A stretch of 63,865 nucleotides of DNA, filler included, from Craspedostauros australis (taxonomy: Eukaryota), in NCBI GenBank assembly GCA_030167865.1. It is 13 parts of 13 records of this genome, joined end to end, with 100 filler letters (N's around TTAATTAATTAA, not from the genome) between each part and the next. Parts side by side here need not be neighbours in the genome. Positions count along the whole stretch, not along the records: positions 19,809 to 26,136 come from JALAGF010004204.1; positions 26,237 to 29,584 come from JALAGF010004206.1; positions 29,685 to 31,804 come from JALAGF010004207.1; positions 31,905 to 34,143 come from JALAGF010004208.1; 9 more parts are not named here. The stretch is one strand, 5' to 3'. Below are positions 24,601-34,243 of this stretch, in pieces. Position 1 is the stretch's first letter; the number at the start of each line of letters is the position of its first letter. Under the pieces are notes generated by a model. It made no database searches. It was given only the letters and a program-made list of their open reading frames with translations, and had not been told where the DNA came from. Both the position numbers and the translations under genes were made by a program.

Positions 24601-25811
24601 CTGGAGTGCAACTGCAAGGAGGAGACAACAAGTCTCACGTCCTCCAACTCGTGAAGAATCTCTACGGACAGAAGCAAGCAGGGAGAGTGTGGAACAAACA
24701 TCTACACAACGGGCTACTCGATATGGGATTCGTACAAAGCCAGTACGATGACTGTGTGTACTACAAGGGAACAACGATATTCCTTGTGTACGTCGACGAT
24801 GGAATTCTTGCAGGACCAGACAAGGAACAAGTGGAAGCAATATTCGCCACAATGCAGTCCAAGTACAATATGACGGACGAAGGCGACATCACTGACTATC
24901 TTGGTGTACACGTCACCAAACTTGAAGATGGAAGAATCAAACTGGCACAACCACACCTCATCGATCAACTTGTGCAAGACATCAATTTCAGACCGAATAC
25001 TCGGCACCGAGATACTCCTGCACAATCAACCACCATCCTCAACAAAGACAAAGACGGTCCACCACACAACGCAGCATGGCACTATCGCTCGGTGATTGGA
25101 AAGCTCAACTTCCTCGAGAAATCCACGAGAGGAGAAATAGCATATGCTGTACATCAAGCAGCCAGATTCTGCCAAGAACCAAAGAAGTCACACACCAATG
25201 CAGTTCATCACATCATCAGATATCTACGGACAACCAGGGACCAAGGGATCATCCTCAATCCAAAGGACAAGGGCTTCGAATGCTATGCAGATGCAGATTT
25301 CGCAGGTCTGTGGAACAAAGACACAGCAGCCACGGATTCGAGCACATCCAAGTCCAGATCAGGCTACATCATCATGTTTGCAGGGTTCCCAGCGACATGG
25401 GCATCCAAACTTCAGACCGAAATTGCGTTGAGTACCACGGAGGCAGAATACATCAGCCTATCAACAGCTCTACGTGAGGTCATACCCATGATGCACATGA
25501 TGCAAGAGATGTGTAACTTGGGCATCACACCAAACAGTTACAAGCCCAAGATATACTGCAAAGCATTCGAAGACAACTCAGGTGCTCTTGAGATAGCCAA
25601 AACGCCAAAGATGAGACCCAGGACCAAACACATCAACGTCAAGTATCATCACTTCAGGCGCTACGTCGAGAACAAAATGATCGAGATCCTACCCATCTCA
25701 TCGCAAGAGCAGCTTGCGGACCTGTGGACCAAACCATTGCCACCGGACATTTTCAAAAGATTCACATGGCTCACCATGGGATGGAAACCAGGCAAACCAG
25801 CATCCGAGTGA
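21612..25811 (+). CDS. pol: Pol polyprotein (protease, integrase, reverse transcriptase, RNase H), intact 1399 aa
   Basis: PR: AVDNCAS. IN: HYRLGH/CASC, DQL..DNG..E. RT: VDFVLAYPQAD, LYGQKQAGR, LVYVDDGI. RNase H: YADADFAG, STTEAEY, FEDNSGA, ADLWTKPL. Confidence 0.96.
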   Translation: MTGWMAKMILAICRPIIHTLYHIITWLLKTTVQLVMTVSESIVWAIEALTASESREIIRCQCFKRRRLKPSRNKCNRIYAYSTKHRRAKIVTKRSTGHLTQLWAMPLQAQSKLEKDDTTTPRFDSDSFDIAVDNCASTSFTNTLSDFIGKPNRVNHQVRGVGQAQIKYTGRVKWSIQDDFGVKHDIMLDNVAYQPDLPFRLLCPQHWAQSKGDPNGTGCLTLGDKMELFWEQRRHKKTIPLSKSNIGMLQSAPGIKCFVTYCMANNMLPEVTAEPNFESNMVSDDESLGETTNQGDIMDFEGDSASKEQVSHHSSTLPATQLKTSVESQPNEPNNTQEKTTPMHIDFGDSHPGKSIHTDNEYAGTHTAEMLRVHYRLGHVSFNKMKHMAVTGELPAKFKHCQIPVCASCSYGKATKRPWRTKSKQQRAIKPVLINKPGDCVSVDQLESPTPGFIGQLKGKLTNQRYRAATIFVDHYSRLSYVHLQRSTNAEETLNAKKSFEAFARSYHVHVKHYHADNGRFAENLWRDHIDRTGQTITFCAAEAHFQNGVAERRIRDLVEPARTMILHASIRWKAAMSMALWPYALRMANEVINSSPMIRHQGQTPIEKFTGSQVRPQLKQFHTFGCPTFVLTSRLASGGSQPKWLPRSRLGIYLGTSPVHAKSVALILNPRTGLVSPQFHIKCDDMFQTVTPNLDNNHSKWKQLAKLSPQLGHSKSKSKRIMMPEGASDLHIDKPTMTEPASDIIETPQTQDFEPDDAIGQESQQATPTTDATQISIGEQPSEINDNHPAKRLHPTNTTTELRRSKRIRTPSRKMLENIETEMIAVPAAYEVANYHYDHTSFDITAHDDPLAFAASADPDTMYYHQAMAQPDRDKFKEAMQKEIDAHHDNGHWKLIPRNQVPEGHKVLSSVWSMKRKRRLKTREVYRWKARLNVHGGQQEKGINYWETYSPVVTWISIRLVLILSIMLNWYTKQVDFVLAYPQADVETTLYMEIPAGVQLQGGDNKSHVLQLVKNLYGQKQAGRVWNKHLHNGLLDMGFVQSQYDDCVYYKGTTIFLVYVDDGILAGPDKEQVEAIFATMQSKYNMTDEGDITDYLGVHVTKLEDGRIKLAQPHLIDQLVQDINFRPNTRHRDTPAQSTTILNKDKDGPPHNAAWHYRSVIGKLNFLEKSTRGEIAYAVHQAARFCQEPKKSHTNAVHHIIRYLRTTRDQGIILNPKDKGFECYADADFAGLWNKDTAATDSSTSKSRSGYIIMFAGFPATWASKLQTEIALSTTEAEYISLSTALREVIPMMHMMQEMCNLGITPNSYKPKIYCKAFEDNSGALEIAKTPKMRPRTKHINVKYHHFRRYVENKMIEILPISSQEQLADLWTKPLPPDIFKRFTWLTMGWKPGKPASE

Positions 25812-25820
25812 ACGAGGGAG

Positions 25821-26136
25821 TGTGGGATTGTATGGTGTCTGAGGGTCAGAAACAAATGGGACCCTAGCCTAACGCCCCAGGCAACATCATTCTTCACAGC
25901 GGATCCAGGAGCAGAAGCCTGATTGGTTTATTTGAAATCCTGTCAGCCAATGATATCAAAACACGAATGCACGATTACTTTGGGAATCAAGAAGAGCCGA
26001 ACACAGGTCAACTCATCGATACACAAATTTCGCACGATCAAATCATCGATGCACAAATCATGCACGATCAAATCAACGATGCACAAACCATGCACAATTC
26101 AAATCAATGATGTACAATCCATGCATCATCTGCTTA
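25821..26136 (+). repeat. 3' LTR (partial) containing a ~30-bp tandem array at 26011-26125
   Basis: TGTGGG start directly after the PPT. About 3.5-4 degenerate copies of AATCATCGATGCACAAATCATGCACGATCA. Confidence 0.75.
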
Positions 26137-26308
26137 NNNNNNNNNNNNNNNNNNNNNNNNNNNNNNNNNNNNNNNNNNNNTTAATTAATTAANNNNNNNN
26201 NNNNNNNNNNNNNNNNNNNNNNNNNNNNNNNNNNNNGCATTCTACGTACTCTTCATGGATGGGAGACGTCGGACAACGTCATCGCCGGATGCGATGTGAG
26301 CATCAGCA

Positions 26309-29026
26309 TCAAGCCAAATTCGCCATCATCCACTCCTCCTCGATCTCGTCAATCTCGTCAATCTCCTCGTTGAACTCCGCCTCCAGCTCATCCTCGGCCA
26401 AATCGCTGTCCCACGCCGACTGTCCTCTCAAACGGCGCGAGGGGCATTTGCTTGGACGGAAACGAAGCTCGGCGATGCATCCGGAACCGGTGTATGACAC
26501 GCTGGTCTTGTAGATGTTCGAGTGATTGAGCCACAGGTCGGTGAGGCCGTTGTGGCCGCCCTTGTCCGCATACCTGGTGAGGGACTGGTCGGGGCTGCTG
26601 TGGCGCGGGTGGTAGAACTGCATCTTTGGGCGGCTCTCATCGGCGTCGACGTCCAGGAATCGACTCATCTCTATCTTCACGGCTCCGTGCATGGACGATC
26701 TGAAGAAGAAATAGATGCATCCTCCTGGCTTGCCAATGTCGTCAGGGCACGTCTTCTTGTCCTCCTGGATGACGAGGACCTTGCCGATGGGGGTAGCGGG
26801 GCAGTTGGCGAACTTGTTCACGCCTCCGTTGCGTTTCAATGGCGCACCATCGCGACCGACACCAGGACCTGGATTTGGGCAGCCGTCGTTGGGGCTTCCG
26901 AGATCTGGGTCGCCGTCGTCGCCGCTTCTCCTTGGGTCACACATGGGGTTGTTGTACAATGCATACTTTGAGTCTGATGTTCTGTACCCAGTCGGTTTGG
27001 AGGTGTCGAAGACACGGGCGGCTCCGTAGCGCTGGTCGCTTCTCCAGTTGCGGCACTGCAATGGGTAATTGGGATTGAAGCTGCAGTAGCAACCAAGCTC
27101 ACCAGTTTTGCAATTGGATGGGGGTCTGGGTGTGTACGCCCTGGAAGACGAGCTGGCGGCGATGATCTTCACACCCTTCGTGTTCCACCATTCGTCGTAG
27201 ATGAAGCCACCATCTGGAAGGTCGTTGAAGTCGAGGGTGATCAGCGGGCACACGCCGGGTGGGAGCGTGCAGTCTGGCTTGCATCGAGTGCCGGAGTAGT
27301 CATTGCGAGTTCCTTCGTCGCATTCCTCGCCGGGATCGACGATGCCATTACCGCATGTGTTTGGAACGGGGATTTCGCAATTGTTGGTGCAGTTGTCGTT
27401 GTTGTTGTTGTTGCCATCGTCACACTCTTCTCCGTTCTGGACGATACCATCACCGCATTTGGGAAGCTTGCAGCCGTTGGTGCAGCCATCAGTGTTGCTG
27501 TTGTTACCATCATCACACTCTTCGCCGGCCTGCATGAAACCGTCACCACACTTGGCGTTCTTGCAGTTGTTGGTGCAGGAATCAGTGTTGCTGTTGTTGC
27601 CGTCGTCGCATTCCTCTCCGTTCTGGACGATACCATCGCCGCAGGTTGGAAGCTTGCAGCCGTTGGTGCAGCCATCGTTGTTGACTGCGTTGCCATCATC
27701 ACACTCTTCGCCGGCCTGCATGAAACCGTCACCGCACTTGGCGTTCTTGCAGGTGTTGGTGCAGGAATCGGTGTTGCTGTTGTTGCCGTCGTCACATTCT
27801 TCTCCGTTCTGGACGATACCATCGCCGCAGGTTGGAAGCTTGCAGCCGTTGGTACAGCCATCGTTATTGACTGCGTTGCCATCGTCGCATTCTTCGCCGG
27901 CCTGCATGATACCGTCACCGCACTTGGCGTTCTTGCAGTTGTTGGTGCAGGAATCGGTGTTGCTGTTGTTGCCATCGTCACATTCTTCTCCGTTCTGGAC
28001 GATACCATCGCCGCAGGTTGGAAGCTTGCAGCCGTTGGTGCAGCCATCGTTGTTGACTGCGTTGCCGTCGTCGCATTCTTCGCCGGCCTGCATGATACCG
28101 TCACCGCACTTGGCGTTCTTGCAGGTGTTGGTGCAGCCATCGTTATTGACTGCGTTGCCGTCGTCGCATTCTTCTCCGTTCTGGACAATTCCATCGCCGC
28201 AGGTTGGAAGCTTGCAGCCGTTGGTGCAGCCATCGTTGTTGACTGCGTTCCCGTCGTCGCATTCTTCGCCGGCCTGCATGAAACCGTCACCGCATTTTGG
28301 AAGTTTGCAGCCGTTGGTGCAGCCATCGTTGTCGACCTTGTTGCCATCATCGCACTCTTCGCCGGATTGCATGATGCCATCACCGCACTTGGCGCTCGTG
28401 CACTGGTTGGTGCAGGAATCGTCGTTGATCTTGTTGCCATCATCGCACTCTTCACCTGGATCCACTGTGCCGTCACCGCAGCTGGAGAATGGGGTGGGAT
28501 CTTCGCAGGTTGGGACGCACTCGAGCACGTAGGTGAACTTGAGGACTGCGTACTGGATAGAGAGGTCGGCATGGCAGCACTGCGGAACTTTGCCAGTTCC
28601 GATGGTCTTGTCGATGTCGGGATCACGCACGTAGAGGGTGACGACCGATTTTGGCTTGGTCTGGAAGCACTGCGCAGTGAAGGTTTCGCCCACGTCCTGG
28701 TTGGCCGGGACGTTGGCGAACATCTCGCAGTTGACACCGCCGATGCTGTTGTTCTCGGAGTACTCGGTGTAGATCTCGGCGGTGGGGCGGCCGTCTTGTG
28801 GCCACACGTTGTAAACCTTGAAGGAGACGGAGCTGGTGTCCTGGCTCACGATCTCGATTGGTGCTCCCGAGTACTGGAAGTCGCTGGAACGGAGCAACTG
28901 ATAGTCCAACGGGCATGGCTCCGAGTTGGATCCACCAGCGTCAGAGACGGTGTCGAACATGCCATGGACGGCATTGCTGCCGATCTGGCTCAACACGAGC
29001 GATCCCAGGAGAGTCTTGACGTTCAT
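26309..29026 (-). CDS. Secreted Cys-rich repeat protein (myxococcal cysteine-rich repeat/DUF4215-like) with diatom-type N- and C-terminal domains
   Basis: Signal peptide MNVKTLLGSLVLSQIGSNAVHG (ATG at 29026). Thirteen CGDGxxxxGEECDDGNxxxxDxCTNxC repeats, a C-terminal GDPDLGSPN domain, then RRLR and an acidic tail. A probable 5' UTR intron lies at 29066-29365 (GTGAGT...CAG on the minus strand). Confidence 0.85.
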   Translation of the reverse strand: MNVKTLLGSLVLSQIGSNAVHGMFDTVSDAGGSNSEPCPLDYQLLRSSDFQYSGAPIEIVSQDTSSVSFKVYNVWPQDGRPTAEIYTEYSENNSIGGVNCEMFANVPANQDVGETFTAQCFQTKPKSVVTLYVRDPDIDKTIGTGKVPQCCHADLSIQYAVLKFTYVLECVPTCEDPTPFSSCGDGTVDPGEECDDGNKINDDSCTNQCTSAKCGDGIMQSGEECDDGNKVDNDGCTNGCKLPKCGDGFMQAGEECDDGNAVNNDGCTNGCKLPTCGDGIVQNGEECDDGNAVNNDGCTNTCKNAKCGDGIMQAGEECDDGNAVNNDGCTNGCKLPTCGDGIVQNGEECDDGNNSNTDSCTNNCKNAKCGDGIMQAGEECDDGNAVNNDGCTNGCKLPTCGDGIVQNGEECDDGNNSNTDSCTNTCKNAKCGDGFMQAGEECDDGNAVNNDGCTNGCKLPTCGDGIVQNGEECDDGNNSNTDSCTNNCKNAKCGDGFMQAGEECDDGNNSNTDGCTNGCKLPKCGDGIVQNGEECDDGNNNNNDNCTNNCEIPVPNTCGNGIVDPGEECDEGTRNDYSGTRCKPDCTLPPGVCPLITLDFNDLPDGGFIYDEWWNTKGVKIIAASSSSRAYTPRPPSNCKTGELGCYCSFNPNYPLQCRNWRSDQRYGAARVFDTSKPTGYRTSDSKYALYNNPMCDPRRSGDDGDPDLGSPNDGCPNPGPGVGRDGAPLKRNGGVNKFANCPATPIGKVLVIQEDKKTCPDDIGKPGGCIYFFFRSSMHGAVKIEMSRFLDVDADESRPKMQFYHPRHSSPDQSLTRYADKGGHNGLTDLWLNHSNIYKTSVSYTGSGCIAELRFRPSKCPSRRLRGQSAWDSDLAEDELEAEFNEEIDEIDEIEEEWMMANLA
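27270..28480 (-). repeat. Intragenic tandem array of 93-bp units with an alternating 186-bp higher-order period
   Basis: 31-aa units alternate between ...MQAGEE...CKLPT and ...VQNGEE...CKNAK. Confidence 0.93.
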
Positions 29027-29684
29027 GGTCAGCGTTGTCTTCGTTGATTGTCTGATATGAACTCGCTGCGGATGTGACAGGATTTCCCAGAGTAGGGCAT
29101 TGTGCCATGCCATGCCATACCGACGTTTGTGGTTGTTTGGGGAGCCAGCAGATAGGAGAAGCAAAGGGTTGAAGACGAAACGAGGTTAGAATTTGGGGAT
29201 CTCGTGGAGCAATGGTACGAATATGCAACGCCATCGAGAGGAGGCGAGAGCGTGTAGCAGATCGCAAAGGAGTGAAATGGAATTGGGAAGAAGCGCGGGA
29301 GCCGTATTGGAGGATGATAAGAGGACCGAGATGAAGCAGGACGAATACGAGCAGAAGCTACTCACGTTTGGTTGCTTGCTTCTTGCGTTTCTTTGTGTTT
29401 GATTTGCGCTTGCTTTGTGAGAGCAGTTGGATTTTATGAGATGGAAATGGATCGAGGGAGGGATTGAGGGAGGGATTGAGGCGTAGCTGAGTTGATAGAG
29501 CACTTGACAAGCATTACTCGTGCAGTAAGGTATTCTCAGGAGGCGGGAGCATGGTCCAAAGCCTTGGAAAGGAGTGAAGCACCGNNNNNNNNNNNNNNNN
29601 NNNNNNNNNNNNNNNNNNNNNNNNNNNNTTAATTAATTAANNNNNNNNNNNNNNNNNNNNNNNNNNNNNNNNNNNNNNNNNNNN

Positions 29685-31804
29685 GAACAAATCCACGCAG
29701 GATACTCTCATCGATGCAGGACTCAACGTGAAATTCGAATTCACGGCATCGAACACGCCGCAACAGAATGGCAGGGTGGAACGCAAGTTCGCGTACCTCT
29801 ACACCAAGATCCGCTCCATGCTCAACGGAGCACAGCTCGACGAAGGGTATAGGCATGGCCTGTGGGCAGCCGCTGCGAGCACTGCCACTGCCATTGCAAA
29901 CATCACTGTAGCGAAGAACCAGAAGGAGTCACCACATTGCCAATTCCTCGACAGCGATCCACCATATGCCAATTAACTTAGAACATTCGGAGAGGTGGGT
30001 GTTGTGAAGACTACCTATGGCAGGATCACTGCCAAATCAAGAATAGAGGAGAAGAGATGGTGTTCATTGGATATGCACACCAACATGCATCAGGAGTATA
30101 CAACATGTACAGACCATCAACCAAGTCATTGGTCTGTTCTCGCGACATCAAATGGCTCAACCAACCATACGGACAGTTCCGTGGCTGGGCACCAGCACCG
30201 AACATATCCAACGAAGCAGGAACAACGGACACGGACGGCTTCACAACCATCGGACGGAAGGGAGCGATGCCAAGGACGGCAATGCGTCAAACATCAAAAG
30301 CGAAGAGAGTATCTTTTGCTAACACGAACACATATCATATCCTATCAGACAGTGATGATGAGGATGATGAGAACAAGGGAATGGAGATCCAACCAATCGA
30401 CGACGAGATGAATCAGAGCGAATCTAGCTCTAAGGATGACACCATACAACTATCCGGCGACGAAGCCGATGCCGAAATGGGTGCCACTCCTCCGAACACA
30501 CCAGCAAGGTCTACACATGACACACCATCAAGACCTCCACCAACAAAACCAAGCAAACGTGACATAGACAGAAAGGAGAGGATCCGACGTCACAAAGCAC
30601 AAGGCAGGAAGGGAGAAGCTAATCCCAAGCCTACTACAGGAAAGAATATTCCCAGAGCTCTGCGTGAGCTCGCAGACTTCAACGAACGAGGTCGAAAGGA
30701 GGAAGGCTATGAGAGCAAATCATCATCCAATGAAGACAGTGACGAACTGAGCGATGAGATATCCGACGAGTCCAACAACGACACTACAGACGATGAAAAA
30801 TTCCTAGATGAAGATGAAGAGATCGAGATCACTCATCATAGCACAACAGAACTATACGGGATGAACACAATCATCACCAAGACACCAGCGATCGATATCG
30901 GATTGTCGATGCAGGACCAGAACGAAGAACCAGAGAAGCACATCGAACCAACGACATTCGATGGAGCCTTCAATAACCCAGATCCCAGTCATCGAAAGGG
31001 ATATCGAGCAGCCATCAAAAAGGAGTTTGACTCCATGGATACATGCAAGGTGTACAGCAAGATCAAATGAGACGCCATCCCGCACGGCCGCAGATGCTGC
31101 AAATGCAAATGGGTCTTCAAGCTGAAGCGTGATGGCACACATCGAGCGCGACTCGTTGCATGTGGCTATTCACAAGTCGCAGGAGTAGACTTCCAAGAGC
31201 ATTACTCGCCCGTCATCCATGACGTGACATACCGAGTCATGATGGTGATCATGCTGATCAAGAAGATGGACTGCGCACTTGTCGATGTCGTAATGGCATT
31301 CCTACATGGAGACCTCGACAAGGAGATCTACATGAACTGTCCCAATGGGATGGATCATCAAGCAGACGAAGCCCTGACCCTACACAAGCCAATCTACGGA
31401 CTTGTGCAGAGTGCCAGGCAATGGTTCAAGATGTTGGTATCGACCCTCAAGAATATCAACTTCGAACAGAGCGCAGCAGACCCGTGCCTGTTCTACAGGA
31501 AGACGTACAAAGGAAGCATGATCGTGGCCATCTATGTGGACGATTGCTTTTGCTGCGGAGACTCCAAGGCACTGGAGACATTTCTGAAGGACATCCAAGA
31601 CAGCAAATTCAAGGTAACAATCGAGCGTGGACTCGGAGACTACCTCAGCTGCAACATTGAGTTGAACCACGACAAGACCAGAGCGACATTGCGTCAACCA
31701 CATCTCATCCGACATCTTATCGAAGAGTTTGGAACCAAGGTTGAGAAGATGCAACGCTACGCGACACTGGGAACCCCGGGTCAAATCATCGTACGACCAT
31801 CCGA
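29685..31804 (+). mobile_element. pol: Decayed Ty1/copia pol fragment (integrase C-terminal half to RT), different family from 19809-26136
   Basis: IN: FEFTASNTPQQNGRVERKF; MVFIGY. RT: CKWVFKLKRDGTHRARLVACGYSQVAGVDF, IYGLVQSARQW, IYVDDC. Premature stops at 29974-29976 and 31068-31070, and a frameshift near 30035. Confidence 0.92.
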
Positions 31805-32269
31805 NNNNNNNNNNNNNNNNNNNNNNNNNNNNNNNNNNNNNNNNNNNNTTAATTAATTAANNNNNNNNNNNNNNNNNNNNNNNNNNNNNNNNNNNNNNNN
31901 NNNNGATATGGCGATGGCCATAATACTGCCAATGGCGACGAGCCAACGCATGATATTGACGCCACAGACAAGACCGGCATGGCAGCCGCCTTCGAGCTCG
32001 AGCTTCAGGTCAGTGGTCTGGAGTGCATGGAAAGCGGAGATGGAAAGTTCGTGCGTCCAGGAGAAGAATCCAAGACCAATACCGACAGCAACAGTGAGAG
32101 CGTCCAGCCATCTCACCACTGGTCATGTGCGGTTATGCCTTTGAGGACTGCATGCAATAATAGACTATCAGACAATCGGACTATGGCACCATACTCTACC
32201 ATCATGGTATTCCATTTCTTCAGAACTGCGGCATAATGGATACGGATACCGCTTCTGCTGCCACTTCTG

Positions 32270-33300
32270 TTGCCACTTCTGTTGCCACTTCTGCTGTCGC
32301 TTCTCTCCTTCCTGGTGTTCGGCCACCCATCTGCGGAGACATTGTCCAACACTCCAATACCAAGGCCAACAGCCGCAACTGCAACAACGGCAACCGCAAC
32401 AACGACAACAACGACAATGGCACAACCAACACCCCTCTCCCAGCAACATGTGGATCTTGCGATCATCAGCGGTGGCACAACCGGGACGCTTGCTGCCATT
32501 GCAGCGTTGCGCAACACATCAACCTCCACAGGCACATGGATCGCTTTGTTGGAGTCAACAGAAACAATCCTTCGCAATCTGAGATCCAACCAAGATCAAG
32601 GCATGATGTCTTGAGACCCTCTGAGGAAGGTTTCGGAAGTACTCAAGGAAGGATTCCGACGTGATCAACGGAGCTTGCTGGGTTGTGGATGAAGACATGG
32701 AAAGCCGCGACAGCAGCAGGAATGGTTGGCAGGACATGTGCCTGGCGTGGCATTGGAGTCGCCAACGCAGGATGGCATGGCCATCGTCCTTGTCATGACA
32801 ACATGCGGGGCTGATCCAGATTCCTCCTTTGGCGCATCGACGCAACCTCTGGGTGACGCGTTGACCGAAAGACTGAACACCAGTGCCGACAATACCGATG
32901 GCAGCACCGAGGATGTGGAGGATAGCGACACGTCCACTAAACTCCAGGTACTCACAAATTGGATAGTGACCGCAATGGATCCACTCGATGATGGCGATTT
33001 CATCCTTCATGTTGGAGACGATCCGCACGATTCTATCCAAGCAAATGCAGTGGTGCTTGCCACCAGCAGCTCTCATGACGGCTTGCAGTTGGCTTGCAGT
33101 CCAGGGCACAGCATCATGGAACCCATCGCTTGTGGCTGTCCGTTGGTGCTGAATGCAGAGAATGAGATGACTGCCATATTGGATGTCATCGACTCGTTCT
33201 AATCCAATGAATGTGCCATGCCATTTGTGCGGCTGACGTTGAAGGTTCAGATCGCAGGACAGAAACGACTGAGACCATTCTAGCAACAAGAATCGTTGGC
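32270..33300 (+). pseudogene. HI0933/BaiN-like FAD-dependent oxidoreductase pseudogene fragment
   Basis: Degenerate Rossmann motif HVDLAIISGGTTGTLAAIAA...IALLEST, and IQANAVVLATSSSHDGLQLACSPGHSIMEP resembling the ATGS...G..LA..LGH.I..P motif. In-frame TGA at 32612-32614, frameshifts and further stops. Confidence 0.55.
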
Positions 33301-34243
33301 CTTTGTCGTTGGACCACATTAGTACGAGAGAAACGGCGACAGCAAGGGCAGCGATGACGACGATGTCAATGGCGACAGTGATCAGGCTGGCGACAGTGAT
33401 CAGGCTGGCGACATTGATTACAACAATATCAATACCACTGCGGACAACATTGCACACATCATGGCACACATCATTGATGTGACATGCTCCGATGCGAGAG
33501 CAGAATTGGACGTCGTCGCAGCTGCGGGCGCGCAGCTCAACAGCGGCATGACAACGTGGCAGTGCTGAAGCAGATCTATCCGTCACTGTCACTGCAGCGT
33601 GCAGTGTGCAGCATACAGCGTGCGGTGGCCGATGTCGCGCTGCTATTGATGACCGTGCGATCCAAGACCACCAGCTCGATCTCATCCAACGAGGAGGTCC
33701 AGCTGCTGCACTTCAATCTCAGACAGATGATTATGGATGCGGAGTGACGTCACGACGAAAGCGCTGATCCAGGAGGATGGCGAGGTCATGGCGGACCAGC
33801 CTCCATCATGCGGTGAGCCTTGTAGGAGGCGCTGCAGGAGAAGCTGATGGAGGAGCTGGAGGTGACGCCCGTGCATCTCAGCAAGCAGGTGTTGGATGTG
33901 GAATGTCAAATACGGCAGAGTGAGATGCCACCCATCTCGCATTTGAAGATGGAACGAGGGAAGGGCCGTACTGGCATGATATTGTGATGGGCTGGAGTGG
34001 CATTGGCATCATCATCAAGCAGTACATCAACGGCGCTGGTGCCGGCAATGGTAATGGCAGTGGTGATGGCAATGTGCGGTCTTCAGCAGGCAACAAACGC
34101 AATTCGGTGGCTGTGTACTCTGGCATCCGCATCCGGCACGCCANNNNNNNNNNNNNNNNNNNNNNNNNNNNNNNNNNNNNNNNNNNNTTAATTAATTAAN
34201 NNNNNNNNNNNNNNNNNNNNNNNNNNNNNNNNNNNNNNNNNNN

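Larger units (their letters stand above)
19809..26136 (+). mobile_element. Nearly complete Ty1/copia (CoDi-I-like) LTR retrotransposon
   Basis: gag followed by pol in copia order (PR-IN-RT-RH). A polypurine tract GAGGGAG at 25814-25820 is directly followed by TGT, the start of the 3' LTR. The 5' LTR is mostly outside the contig. Confidence 0.95.

Noticed and set aside
27241..28737. 498-aa (minus, alternative frame) and 409-aa (plus) repetitive ORFs
   Set aside because: Shadow frames of the Cys-rich tandem repeat, which happens to lack stops.
32555..33685. 376-aa minus-strand ORF (and its 339-aa twin at 35004-36023)
   Set aside because: Antisense to the flavoprotein pseudogene; the recognisable motifs are on the plus strand.
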